From the IMG/VR virus record IMGVR_UViG_3300032163_000003, positions 32,001 to 96,000 of that record: 64,000 nucleotides of DNA; one strand, written 5' to 3'. Both the position numbers and the translations under genes were made by a program. Positions 37,748 to 46,539 of this stretch are shown piece after piece. The number at the start of each line of letters is the position of its first letter. The stretch's first letter is position 1. The stretch is from a virus. The notes under the pieces are model-generated. The model was not told the DNA's origin, searched no databases, and worked only from the letters and a program-made list of their open reading frames with translations.

Positions 37748-38031
37748 ACATCCTTTACATTTTCCATTCTTTTTCCAACAATTCTTTCAACCCAGTCAAG
37801 ACGTCCATCTCCCAAACATTTTGGACAACGTCTTTTAAAGATTAATTCAGTTGAAGACAATTGGATCCACTCTCGTTCTATTTCTATAAATTCAGTTGTA
37901 GTAACAAGATCTTGAGATTTTACATATATATATCTCCACTCCTTTCCTCTATATATTTCTAGAATCTTATCAAATGTTGTAAGTGGACCAAACGTTCCTG
38001 CGCCTTCACAATATTCGCATATATAATCCAT
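37738..38031 (-). CDS. DnaJ-type zinc-finger family protein with long insert
   Basis: CEYCEGAG...CPKCLGDGRLDW; stop codon lies in tRNA-Cys. Confidence 0.7.
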   Translation of the reverse strand: MDYICEYCEGAGTFGPLTTFDKILEIYRGKEWRYIYVKSQDLVTTTEFIEIEREWIQLSSTELIFKRRCPKCLGDGRLDWVERIVGKRMENVKDVAV

Positions 38032-38040
38032 TTTAAACTC

Positions 38041-38367
38041 CTACCTATGAAAACTAATATTTAAAGTACCACTTAGATCACCTCCATCTACTAATTTAAA
38101 TTCTTCTAATATTTCTTTTAATTGTAATTGTATATAAGATTTTTCCTTTTCCATCATTCTCAGGTCCCCCCAATAAATTTCTTTACGTATTATTCTATCT
38201 ATCCATAAAACTTGTCCAAGTCCTCCACATACTGGGCAAATATCTATTAGTATATTTTTACATGAACCCGGATGGTCACATCTTTTATTGCCTATCCAAT
38301 GATTTCTTAATGTATTGAGTAAAACTCCTCTACCGTTGCATTTATCACATGTATAATATCCTTCCAT
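38041..38367 (-). CDS. DnaJ-type zinc-finger family protein (start MEGYY)
   Basis: CDKCNGRG...CPVCGGLGQVLW. Confidence 0.65.
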   Translation of the reverse strand: MEGYYTCDKCNGRGVLLNTLRNHWIGNKRCDHPGSCKNILIDICPVCGGLGQVLWIDRIIRKEIYWGDLRMMEKEKSYIQLQLKEILEEFKLVDGGDLSGTLNISFHR

Positions 38368-38392
38368 TTTTTGTCCTTTTATTTGTAAGTTT

Positions 38393-38469
38393 TGGGGCGA
38401 TCGATGAGATTCGAACTCATAACTCCTTGGGCCACAACCAAGTGTGGTAACCATTCCACTACGACCGCC
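38393..38469 (-). tRNA. tRNA-His(GTG)
   Basis: CTTGG-TTGTGGC-CCAAG; G-1:C73; CCA. Confidence 0.9.
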
Positions 38470-38792
38470 GTTTTTATTTTCTCTAACCATTTTTTTCTCT
38501 CATGTTTTTATTAAGTTTGAAAACTCTCAACATATAATCATACTTCTTTTTTGGGAGACGACTTTTAAGAGGAATAAAATCTCCAACAAAAGTATGCCAT
38601 GCCTTTCCTGTTCTTAAATTATAAGTTACATAATAGTAATCCATCTCATCTTCTTCAAAACCCAAAACCATTTCAACTTCGAAGAAGTTAAGAACCAGTT
38701 GTCCCTTATATTTCTTACATCTTTTTTGAAAAAGTTTTTTATTATCCATTCACACTTCCTTAACAATTTTTTACTTCTCCATTCTTTTGTTT

Positions 38793-38869
38793 TGGCTGCC
38801 ACAGCAGGATTCGAACCTGCGCATAATTCGGTTAACAGCCGAATGCCTTACCAGCTTGGCTATGTGGCA
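38793..38869 (-). tRNA. tRNA-Asn(GTT)
   Basis: TTCGG-CTGTTAA-CCGAA; CCA. Confidence 0.92.
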
Positions 38870-38873
38870 ACAT

Positions 38874-39452
38874 CTATTTTTCTCGTAGGTTAAATTTATA
38901 ATTGGGTGTTAGCGAGTGACAGTTTGGGCACAGAAGTTCTAAATTTCCTTCTTTCGAATTAAATTTGTTTCCATCAATATGATGAAGATCTATTGGAACT
39001 TTCCCTGTAAATTGATTGATTTCTTCCCACCCGCATTTAGAACATTTGTTCCTGTGTTTTTCAATCATGTATCTTTTAACCATTCCGCTTGTACCATTTT
39101 TTACAGTTCCTGAAATTTCTCCGCTCAACCACTTTTTTATAAAATCATTATATCTAAATATTTCGTAACACTCATAACTACAAAATTTTGGATAGCTTAT
39201 TTCTTTTCCGCAATTTTTACAGAAATACTTTCCTTTTATTTTATTTGGTTTCTTACTATTGGAATAGATTCCTGCGCATGACCTATTACAAAAGTTACTA
39301 GTTTTACTTATTACTTTCTTTCCACAGTGTAGACAAAATCTTTCATTAATAGGATTTAAAACGCAGAATTTTTCGTGAGATCTTATAGTTTGTGGGGTAG
39401 TTTTCCTTCCACAAAATCTACATACTGATTTAATTTTTGGTTGAGCTCTCAT
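38874..39452 (-). CDS. HNH homing endonuclease abutting tRNA-Asn
   Basis: CSKCG...IDLHHIDGN...NLELLCPNCH. Confidence 0.85.
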   Translation of the reverse strand: MRAQPKIKSVCRFCGRKTTPQTIRSHEKFCVLNPINERFCLHCGKKVISKTSNFCNRSCAGIYSNSKKPNKIKGKYFCKNCGKEISYPKFCSYECYEIFRYNDFIKKWLSGEISGTVKNGTSGMVKRYMIEKHRNKCSKCGWEEINQFTGKVPIDLHHIDGNKFNSKEGNLELLCPNCHSLTPNYKFNLREK

Positions 39453-39456
39453 ATTT

Positions 39457-39801
39457 TCACCACCACAAATTTTGAAAATACTTTCCGAACAACCTGAATC
39501 CTTTACTAATTCTTTTCCAATCCTTTTTGGTTAGAACACATCCATAGTACAACTCTTCGTTTGAACAAACTTCCATAGAATATATTATATGGTCTAATAT
39601 TTCGTTCCATTCTTCTATAGAAGATAGAAAACCAGGATAACCACAATTTACTTCTTTGAATCTTTTCAATCGCGGAAGAACAAATCTAGCTATTGTTGAA
39701 TCCAAAGACCAAGTGTCGCTATCATCCCAACCTCTTTCCTTTCTTTGTTTTCTAAATAATCTTGCTCTTTTTGCTAGATCTCGTTTTTCTTTTTTATTCA
39801 T
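39457..39801 (-). CDS. Conserved phage hypothetical protein
   Basis: WSLDSTIARFVLPRLKRFK...GYP...EWNEIL...LFGKYFQNLWW. Confidence 0.65.
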   Translation of the reverse strand: MNKKEKRDLAKRARLFRKQRKERGWDDSDTWSLDSTIARFVLPRLKRFKEVNCGYPGFLSSIEEWNEILDHIIYSMEVCSNEELYYGCVLTKKDWKRISKGFRLFGKYFQNLWW

Positions 39802-40035
39802 TCTTTCTTTTCCTTTTATCTTTTAATAGACACCAGTTTGGTATTCCTTCTCCTTCCCGAGAATCAAGAACTTTATTTTCCCAACTATCTACTCTTTTTT
39901 CTTCATCTAGTTCTTCTACTCTAGAACAAAAAGAATGAAATTCAGTCTCAAATTTACTATGACATTCCCAACAATTTGATATTAGAAGTAGTTTTATTCT
40001 TCCAGTTCTTATTCCCATTGATTCTCCTTTTTGTT

Positions 40036-40166
40036 TGGTGGCGGCGGGTGATTTCGAACCACCATTACCTAACTGAGGATTTCACTTCACAGTTCCAGAA
40101 GTACCGCGAATCCTCCATGTCTATCCCAACTAGGTAGGCTTGTTACCCCCTTAGCCGACAACCGCC
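40036..40166 (-). ncRNA. tRNA-like RNA with structured insertion replacing the anticodon loop
   Basis: GGCGGT/GCCGCC acceptor with ACCA end, D-like arm, T arm GGTGG-TTCGAAA-TCACC, 10-bp anticodon-position stem enclosing further hairpins. Confidence 0.7.
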
Positions 40167-40173
40167 TTTAGTT

Positions 40174-40251
40174 TGGTAGCCCATGCAGGACTCGAACCTG
40201 CGACCTAGGACTTAGAAGGACCTTGCTCTATTCCACCTGAGCTAATGGGTC
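40174..40251 (-). tRNA. tRNA-Arg(TCT)
   Basis: Loop CTTCTAA; CCA; single mismatches in acceptor and anticodon stems. Confidence 0.85.
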
Positions 40252-40932
40252 TTTTCTATGAGTCTTTAAGTTAAACTTATAGTTCTTAGTTAAAGAATGA
40301 TGATTTGGACACAAAAGTTCTAAATTTTCTTCTATTGAACTAAATCTATTTCCATCTATATGATGTAGTTCTAGAGGAATTAGATTAGTAAATTGATTTA
40401 CTTCTGACCATCCACATACAGAACATTTATTGTTGTATTTTTTTAGGATGTACTTCCTTATAAGAGTAGAAGCACCACCTGATGTATTTCCAGAAATTTT
40501 TCCGTCTTTCCATTTACTTATATATTCTTTATATTTATACTCACTATGACAAAAACCATTGCAAAACTGTTTCATCCACTTAATAACTTTCCCGCAATTT
40601 TTACAGTAGCTTATTCTAAAAAATTTTGGTATTCTATTTTTGTTGTTATAGAAAGCAGCACATGTACTATTACAAAATTTTTTATTGTGGTTTATTTCCT
40701 TGTTACACCATAGGCAATATTCTATCGTACATGTTTTTTTATGAAGAGGAAAAGCCATTGATCCAACTGTCTTATTACACACCGGACATAAAACTCTAGG
40801 TTTGGATTTAAGCGAGATTGAACTTCGATTTCTTTTTCCTGGACATTTATTAATACTATTACTACAACATCGTTTCTTTCCAATTTTAAACTTTGATTCT
40901 TGACCACATCCGTATTCGCATAACATATACAT
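40228..40932 (-). CDS. HNH homing endonuclease with CxYGCG module; ends inside tRNA-Arg
   Basis: MLCEYGCGQE; CSVCG...LELHHIDGN...NLELLCPNHH. Confidence 0.85.
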   Translation of the reverse strand: MYMLCEYGCGQESKFKIGKKRCCSNSINKCPGKRNRSSISLKSKPRVLCPVCNKTVGSMAFPLHKKTCTIEYCLWCNKEINHNKKFCNSTCAAFYNNKNRIPKFFRISYCKNCGKVIKWMKQFCNGFCHSEYKYKEYISKWKDGKISGNTSGGASTLIRKYILKKYNNKCSVCGWSEVNQFTNLIPLELHHIDGNRFSSIEENLELLCPNHHSLTKNYKFNLKTHRKDPLAQVE

Positions 40933-40941
40933 ATCTCCTTT

Positions 40942-40953
40942 TAGTATATGTTC
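40942..40953 (-). promoter_or_regulatory. Candidate late promoter upstream of HEG
   Basis: GAACATATACTA. Confidence 0.45.
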
Positions 40954-40983
40954 TATATACGAATACGAATGGGAACACTCCTT

Positions 40984-41061
40984 TGGTCGGGGCGAAGAGA
41001 TTTGAACTCTCGACTTGCAGTTTAAAAGACTGCTACTCTAAACCATCTGAGTTACGCCCCA
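40984..41061 (-). tRNA. tRNA-Lys(TTT)
   Basis: GCAGT-CTTTTAA-ACTGC; CCA. Confidence 0.9.
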
Positions 41062-41300
41062 ATTTTCTTTACATAGACTACTGATCCATCATGCCATATT
41101 TCTCTGTTAAATATTTCAATATCTCTTTCTGGAATATAACCTTTAGGTTTAATTACATTAGTAACCCAATCTACCTTTTTCTTTCCATAACAAACTGTAC
41201 ATGTTGCTATTCCTGTTGTTGTGAGAGTAGAAGCATTATACGGGTCGGTAAAAAATATACTCCCCTTTCCATTACAGAATTCGCATTTGTAGAATTCCAT
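41052..41300 (-). CDS. DnaJ-type zinc-finger family protein
   Basis: CEFCNGKG...CTVCYGKKKVDW; stop codon lies in tRNA-Lys. Confidence 0.7.
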   Translation of the reverse strand: MEFYKCEFCNGKGSIFFTDPYNASTLTTTGIATCTVCYGKKKVDWVTNVIKPKGYIPERDIEIFNREIWHDGSVVYVKKIGA

Positions 41301-41316
41301 TTATTTCTCCCAAGAG

Positions 41317-41388
41317 TGTTCCCAGCGGGATTTGAACCCGCGTTGCCGAATTGAAAGTCCGGTATCCTGGCCTCTAGATGATGGGAAC
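41317..41388 (-). tRNA. tRNA-Glu(TTC)
   Basis: CCGGA-CTTTCAA-TTCGG; no encoded CCA. Confidence 0.88.
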
Positions 41389-41395
41389 ATTTGGC

Positions 41396-41824
41396 TTATA
41401 GTTCTCTATTAGGAATTTCTTCTACGCATTCATATGGATATACAATCCAATCTGTGTTCAGACATTGGTCAACAAAGTAAGTTGGTCTAACAGGTGACCT
41501 TGGTTTGTAATGGATTGTTGCTATACCATGATTTCCCCTTGTGTAGTAAGGATCTTTGAAATCATATATACTTACCAATTCTTGTAACGTCTTTCCTGTA
41601 TCAGTTATATCATCTACTATTAGCATATCTTTGTCTAAAGAATTTAAAAAGTTAGTTGTCAAGGTCAGATTACAATAATGACTCAAGTAGACAGCCACAA
41701 TCAATCCGCCTCTTGGAATTCCATATACATGAGTGTACTTACCTTTTGGAATCATTGCTACTAACTTCAAAATCTTATCATGAAACTCTTGTGGAGATAA
41801 AATAATTTTATTCCATTCGTGCAT
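41396..41824 (-). CDS. Type I phosphoribosyltransferase (purine PRTase-like)
   Basis: YGIPRGG; LIVDDITDTGKT; WIVYPYE. Confidence 0.88.
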   Translation of the reverse strand: MHEWNKIILSPQEFHDKILKLVAMIPKGKYTHVYGIPRGGLIVAVYLSHYCNLTLTTNFLNSLDKDMLIVDDITDTGKTLQELVSIYDFKDPYYTRGNHGIATIHYKPRSPVRPTYFVDQCLNTDWIVYPYECVEEIPNREL

Positions 41825-42395
41825 TGTTCTCTCCTCTATTGTTCATACTTCTTTTTTAACTTTTCTAATTGTTTCCTTTCTTCTTTCTCTAAACTTTTTG
41901 ATATCCATTCGGACCTCCTTTTAAACAATTAAATCTAACTCAATTTTTTCTAGTTCATAATATTTCTTGTACGCATCAACGAAAGTTTTAAGACTGCTGA
42001 TAAATTCCTTACCGCGTCCACGATCGTCGTCTTGTACTGCCCACGGTAGAGAAATGCGAATATGAGGATCTTCCGAGTTTACTGCTTTATTCAGTTTCTC
42101 CAAAGCATCGTGAATCTTTACTATTTTTGACTTCTTTATTCTTTTCATTAACAACTCCTTTGTGCTATTTCCTGTGTAAAAAGATTAAAGAAACGACCAG
42201 GTATGACTTTTTTAGCACACGGATCACACAAGTATTTGTCTACCCCACCAACTCGTCGATTGAAAGTAATTCGAATCAAACTTCGTTGTATGTGTAAGCA
42301 CTTGTTACACTTTCCATCAAATCCACTACGTTTTATATCTGTGATAAGGTTGGAATAAATTGTTGACATTATTTACCTCTTTTCAAACTGACAAA

Positions 42396-42480
42396 TGGTG
42401 CCCAAGGAGGGATTCGAACCCTCACAGGTTTCCCCACCGCTTTTTGAAAACGGCGCGTTTGCCAGTTACGCCACCTGGGC
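42396..42480 (-). tRNA. tRNA-Leu(CAA)
   Basis: Loop TTCAAAA, variable arm, CCA. Confidence 0.9.
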
Positions 42481-42502
42481 TAAATTAATGTTTCTACAAA
42501 TT

Positions 42503-42886
42503 TTAAAACCTTAATTTTTCTTTCTTTACACTCTTTTTCCCAAGAAGAAATCCTTTCTTTAAACACATCTCTTAAAGCTGCTTTCGCTTCTCCCACAGAA
42601 GAGAATTGATATTTATATGCATTTCCCCTACCGTTTGACAAAATAAATACTTTTTGTTTAGTAATTTTATTTGTCGCTTCTATTATGTCAAAATATTCAA
42701 GACCATTATTGCAAACATTCGGTGCTCTTATTTCTTCAACTTCTTTTACTTCTAAACATTCTTCTACTTTTCTCGATTACATGCTGGAAGAACTAAGCAG
42801 TTGGTGCATAGTCTTTTTGGGATAATAGGTTTGTCACCATATCGTGCTCTGAAATAAGAATCAGAGAACGGAATCTTTTTCTTCAT
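42503..42886 (-). pseudogene. Frameshifted CxxC(L)(V)xxxC family gene
   Basis: MKKKIPF...LCTNCLVLPACNRE then frame change near 42770 into VEECLEVKEVEE...KLRF*. Confidence 0.5.
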
Positions 42887-42905
42887 TGATATTTCTCCAT
42901 TATCA

Positions 42906-42981
42906 TGGTGGAACCGGAAGGTATCGATCCTTCGACCTCTTGCTCTTCAGGCAAGCGCTCTACCAGCTGAGCTACAGTTCC
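42906..42981 (-). tRNA. tRNA-Phe(GAA)
   Basis: CTTGC-CTGAAGA-GCAAG; atypical T-loop ATCGATA; CCA. Confidence 0.88.
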
Positions 42982-42987
42982 ATTTAA

Positions 42988-43120
42988 TTACATGTGATAG
43001 GGAGTCCCGATTCTCCACCCCACTCTTTCTACCTTAACAGGTCCGTTCATCCTGTTTATTCTGGATTGCTTACCAAGCAGACGTGCAATTTATTGATCGT
43101 CTCGTACACCACACATGTAA
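42988..43120 (-). ncRNA. Candidate structured RNA between tRNA-Val and tRNA-Phe
   Basis: Terminal stem TTACATGTG/CACATGTAA enclosing several hairpins. Confidence 0.45.
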
Positions 43121-43125
43121 AGATT

Positions 43126-43204
43126 TGGTGCACCCTGCAGGATTCGAACCTGCGAAACCTTTCGGATGTAAGCCGAATGCTCTACGCAACTGAGCTAAGG
43201 GTGC
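43126..43204 (-). tRNA. tRNA-Val(TAC)
   Basis: TTCGG-CTTACAT-CCGAA; CCA. Confidence 0.9.
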
Positions 43205-43211
43205 AGTGCTC

Positions 43212-43298
43212 TGGCGGAGAGAGAAGGATTCGAACCTTCGGTTCTTTCGAACGCCGACTTAGCAGATCGGTACCTTTTAGCCTCTCGGTCATCTCTCC
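43212..43298 (-). tRNA. tRNA-Ser(GCT)
   Basis: CCGAT-CTGCTAA-GTCGG; long variable arm; G73; CCA. Confidence 0.92.
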
Positions 43299-43334
43299 GG
43301 TTTATTTTTTCTATCTAAGCATTCCTCATTCTTC

Positions 43335-43516
43335 TCAACCTTCAAGTCTTGCATACATATACCAAGATGGTGTTTCTTTCTTGGGTGGATTATATTCATT
43401 ATTGTAATCTCTACAATACTTCTCAGCTTCTGCTTTAGTTTTAAACTCTATAGTTTCGTCAACTCTTTGTCCCAACCAGCTTCAGATTCGATGATAAATA
43501 CTTTTACCTTTTTCAA
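43335..43516 (-). pseudogene. Frameshifted small phage gene
   Basis: MKKVKVFIIESEAGW then -1 shift to GQRVDETIEF...WYMYARLEG*. Confidence 0.5.
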
Positions 43517-43531
43517 TATTCCCCTTTGAGA

Positions 43532-43661
43532 TATAGCCTCAAACCCTAATAGTCTTTTGGGCGTCCTTTGTTAAGGTCTACTTTCTTAAACCGACCCTGC
43601 GCAAGGTGTCAGCAAAATACTATTTCGAACCTACTCAGAGTGTTTGGCGTCTGAGGCTATA
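43532..43661 (-). ncRNA. Candidate rod-like structured RNA
   Basis: 13-bp stem TATAGCCTCAGAC/GTTTGAGGCTATA, second stem AATAGTATTTTG/CAAAAGACTATT, apical hairpins. Confidence 0.55.
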
Positions 43662-43673
43662 CAATATTTTCGA

Positions 43674-43749
43674 TGGTGGAGGCGGACGGGGTCGAACCGT
43701 CGCTTTCTTGCGTGCAAGACAAGTGTTTTCCCAGTTAAACTACGCCCCC
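43674..43749 (-). tRNA. tRNA-Ala(TGC)
   Basis: Loop CTTGCAC; G3:U70; CCA. Confidence 0.92.
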
Positions 43750-43759
43750 GTTTTATTTT

Positions 43760-43834
43760 TGGCTGAGGGAGAAGGGGTCGAACCTTCAATTTCTCGGGTC
43801 AAAGCCGGGCGTCTTTCCATTAGACAATCCCTCA
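43760..43834 (-). tRNA. tRNA-Gln(TTG)
   Basis: Loop CTTTGAC; U1:A72; CCA. Confidence 0.9.
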
Positions 43835-43862
43835 ATAAATTTTTAACATAGTTATCTACTTG

Positions 43863-43887
43863 TTCTTTCCCATTAGACGACCGGTCA
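43863..43887 (-). pseudogene. Orphan 5' fragment of a tRNA-Gln-like gene
   Basis: TGACCGG TC GTCT AATGGGAA AGA resembles the 5' end and D arm of the downstream tRNA-Gln. Confidence 0.45.
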
Positions 43888-44388
43888 GTGAGCGGTTAAG
43901 AAGAATTCTGCAAACTCTTCCTTACCAAATCCGTCAAGAAGTTCCCAAAGTTCTGTTCTTGTAATAGAATTTTCTTTATCGGTTGCCACAGAACCATATG
44001 AAGATTTTCCAGTAGAAAGATCTAAAAGAGTCATCTCTTTTGGATCAGTAGAGATCAACATAACTTCCTGCTTTCTATCAAAGAACTTTGTTTTGAGGAT
44101 ATATGATTCTTCTCCAAGTTCTTTAATAAACTTTTGTGTTGTCAACCATTTAAAGTTTTCACTCCAGTCATTCCATTCATAATCCTCTAAGAAACTTACA
44201 ACATTTTTAAGAGGAATATCTTTGTCTGTTCCAAATTCTATTGCAAAGTCAGTAAGAAGACCCTTTATGTCGTCACATAAATCATGAACTTTAATAAGAT
44301 TTTGAAATGTAATGGGTTTTATTTTTACAAATTCTTGACTTCCGTGGGCGTATCTTTCACCTTGAATTTCCTTCTTCGCTTTTGCCAT
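43885..44388 (-). CDS. Hypothetical protein
   Basis: 167-aa ORF with SD AGGAG. Confidence 0.6.
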   Translation of the reverse strand: MAKAKKEIQGERYAHGSQEFVKIKPITFQNLIKVHDLCDDIKGLLTDFAIEFGTDKDIPLKNVVSFLEDYEWNDWSENFKWLTTQKFIKELGEESYILKTKFFDRKQEVMLISTDPKEMTLLDLSTGKSSYGSVATDKENSITRTELWELLDGFGKEEFAEFFLTAH

Positions 44389-44416
44389 TCTTATTCTCCT
44401 TTTGTTTCTTCCTGTG

Positions 44417-44623
44417 TCAATTTCTTTTCATGGATAGAAGAAAAATAACCGCGTAATCGCATGAATATTTACTAGATCTTAACCAGTTCTCCCTATTTAA
44501 TCCACTAAGATAATTACTAACTTCGTCAAAATAAGTTGTACATATTGTAGAACATACGGGAAAAACTATACAATTAGAGCAAATTTTATTAATTATTTCC
44601 TTTGCTTGTCTTTCGATGTCCAT
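44417..44623 (-). CDS. CxxC(I/L)(I/V)xxxC family protein
   Basis: ICSNCIVFPVCSTIC. Confidence 0.6.
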   Translation of the reverse strand: MDIERQAKEIINKICSNCIVFPVCSTICTTYFDEVSNYLSGLNRENWLRSSKYSCDYAVIFLLSMKRN

Positions 44624-44631
44624 AAATATAC

Positions 44632-45735
44632 CTATTCATAATCTCTAATGGCAATTCCTACTCCAAAAATAGGAACTCCTTCTTCGCTAAGTTCTTGATA
44701 TCTAACAGTTAGTTCTTTACCGATGATATTATTTAAATCTTTCAACCACTCTCTTCTAAGCTCTCTAGAACCTCTGGGTCGGACTTTAAGAGTTTTTCCA
44801 TTTTCAAGATCACACACAAAAATTACACAACCTTCTTCTAATCCTTCTCCCTCACAACCGCCCACGATTTTGAACTCTTTATCTTCAAAGGTTTTGTATT
44901 TTTGTAAGTCTTTTGATCTATGATCAAAGATATATTTTCCATTTGCATTTCTTATAATTATTCCTTCAAATCCTTGACTAACAAAAGCTTTATGCCAACC
45001 ATATATTTCTTTTTCATTTTGAATTTCGACTGTAGGAACTCTTACTATATTAGCTTGATATCCATGAATAGCAGTTGAGAACCAGTCATACCTCTCTCGA
45101 AAAGTCATACTAGGATCTGCCTTATCATATACCCAGTATTGTAATTGTTTTGTTGTTTCTCTCTCTTTTTTTAGATTTCTAATTATCTCTTGAAACGACC
45201 ACCCAAATACAAAAATTTCACCATCCAAAATATCTTCTATATTTGCTGCTTTTGATATATCTGTAGTTAAGTGTCTTAGAGTAGTAAATTCTTTTCCCCC
45301 GCGACTTATGTATTTTATTTTATCTTCAGAAATTTTCTGAGCTAAACATCTCACTCCGTTTAATTTTGGTTGAGCGAAACATGGATATTTAATTTCACGT
45401 TTTCTATCTTGGAACTTTTGAGCAAGCATAGGAAGAATAATATCAGACTTTGTTTCCTCAGTTGGAATAGTTTCTATGTACTTTTGATCCTTCTTTGAAG
45501 TCCATAGAGATTTCGCGTCTGCACAAGCTTGTTCAAATGATGTTGTTTCATTTGACTTACCAATATTTTTTCCAGACTTTATATCTTTTGCTGATACTAT
45601 AACTTTTCCATCTACATAACCATGACTTATTTCAATTGCAGGAGTCCCGTAATTATCTATTACTCGGACTTTCCATTGTTTTAATTTTTTTGTAGAGCTT
45701 ATTCCATACAACGTAGGAAATTCTTTTGTTTGCAT
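44632..45735 (-). CDS. ATP-dependent DNA ligase
   Basis: PMLA, KLNGVR, LDGEI, YWVYD, EGIIIR, LQKYK, OB-fold TVRYQE. Confidence 0.92.
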   Translation of the reverse strand: MQTKEFPTLYGISSTKKLKQWKVRVIDNYGTPAIEISHGYVDGKVIVSAKDIKSGKNIGKSNETTSFEQACADAKSLWTSKKDQKYIETIPTEETKSDIILPMLAQKFQDRKREIKYPCFAQPKLNGVRCLAQKISEDKIKYISRGGKEFTTLRHLTTDISKAANIEDILDGEIFVFGWSFQEIIRNLKKERETTKQLQYWVYDKADPSMTFRERYDWFSTAIHGYQANIVRVPTVEIQNEKEIYGWHKAFVSQGFEGIIIRNANGKYIFDHRSKDLQKYKTFEDKEFKIVGGCEGEGLEEGCVIFVCDLENGKTLKVRPRGSRELRREWLKDLNNIIGKELTVRYQELSEEGVPIFGVGIAIRDYE

Positions 45736-46002
45736 ATTATCCTTTCAATATAAACTACGAATAACAGTACTGATCTTTTTTCCAATTATAGATTGATCTA
45801 TTCTACAATTTGCTCTTACATTTTCCCAATCTCTATTTTTTTCTTCGATATATCCACAAGAAGTACATACTATTACTTTATCGACTAAATTATTATGTAA
45901 CCACACCTCTGTAGTTTTTCCACAGTTAGGGCATTCTATGTTATTAATCATCCATCCCATCTTTATCCTCCACACCACAAGTACAAACAGCCATTTTCAC
46001 CT

Positions 46003-46188
46003 CTACTTATTCTTATGGTCAGTAGCGTACCAACCAGAACCTTTTAAATGGAAGGTACTTTTAGAAATGATTTTCTTCATGTTTCCTAAACAGACTGGAC
46101 AACATTTCTCACATGTTCCATTTGAATCTTTTTCTAACTTTTCTATAATCTTTCCACATTTAATGCATTCATATTCGTAAACTGGCAT
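46003..46188 (-). CDS. FmdB-family zinc-ribbon protein
   Basis: MPVYEYECIKCG...CPVC...FHLKGSGWYATD. Confidence 0.85.
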   Translation of the reverse strand: MPVYEYECIKCGKIIEKLEKDSNGTCEKCCPVCLGNMKKIISKSTFHLKGSGWYATDHKNK

Positions 46189-46456
46189 TACACCTCCATA
46201 AATCTGGAGAATGATTCTAGCATGTTACTTTTATTTTTATCCAATTGAAACTTAGTACAATATCCAAAAATAGAAACGCTTAGTTTTCTTACTTGGTTGT
46301 GCTTTATATGTAAATATGAATTACTTGAACAAGTTCCAAAAACGCTGTTTTCGACATTTCCTTTTTCAAAGAAAGAACACAAAGCACAACAATTTAAAAC
46401 TTTATATCCAATTAGATTTAGTTCTTTTAGTTTATTCTCATCCATTTATAACCTCT

Positions 46457-46539
46457 TGGTGCCGAAGAGGAGACTCGAACTCCTATGGTTTCCCGCTACT
46501 TTCTAAGAGTAGTATGTATACCAATTCCATCACTCCGGC
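46457..46539 (-). tRNA. tRNA-Leu(TAG)
   Basis: CTACT-CTTAGAA-AGTAG; CCA. Confidence 0.9.

Noticed and set aside
38368-38490. N-terminal extension of ORF 38041 through tRNA-His
   Set aside because: A downstream start (MEGYY) with SD AAAGGA matches the paralog family
40036-40166. tmRNA or canonical tRNA-Sec
   Set aside because: No G3:U70 or tag reading frame and far too short for tmRNA; no long variable arm or intact UCA loop for tRNA-Sec
40955-40978. Orphan tRNA 5' fragment upstream of the HNH gene next to tRNA-Arg
   Set aside because: Only GTTCCCAT resembles an acceptor strand, with no D arm; too short to support
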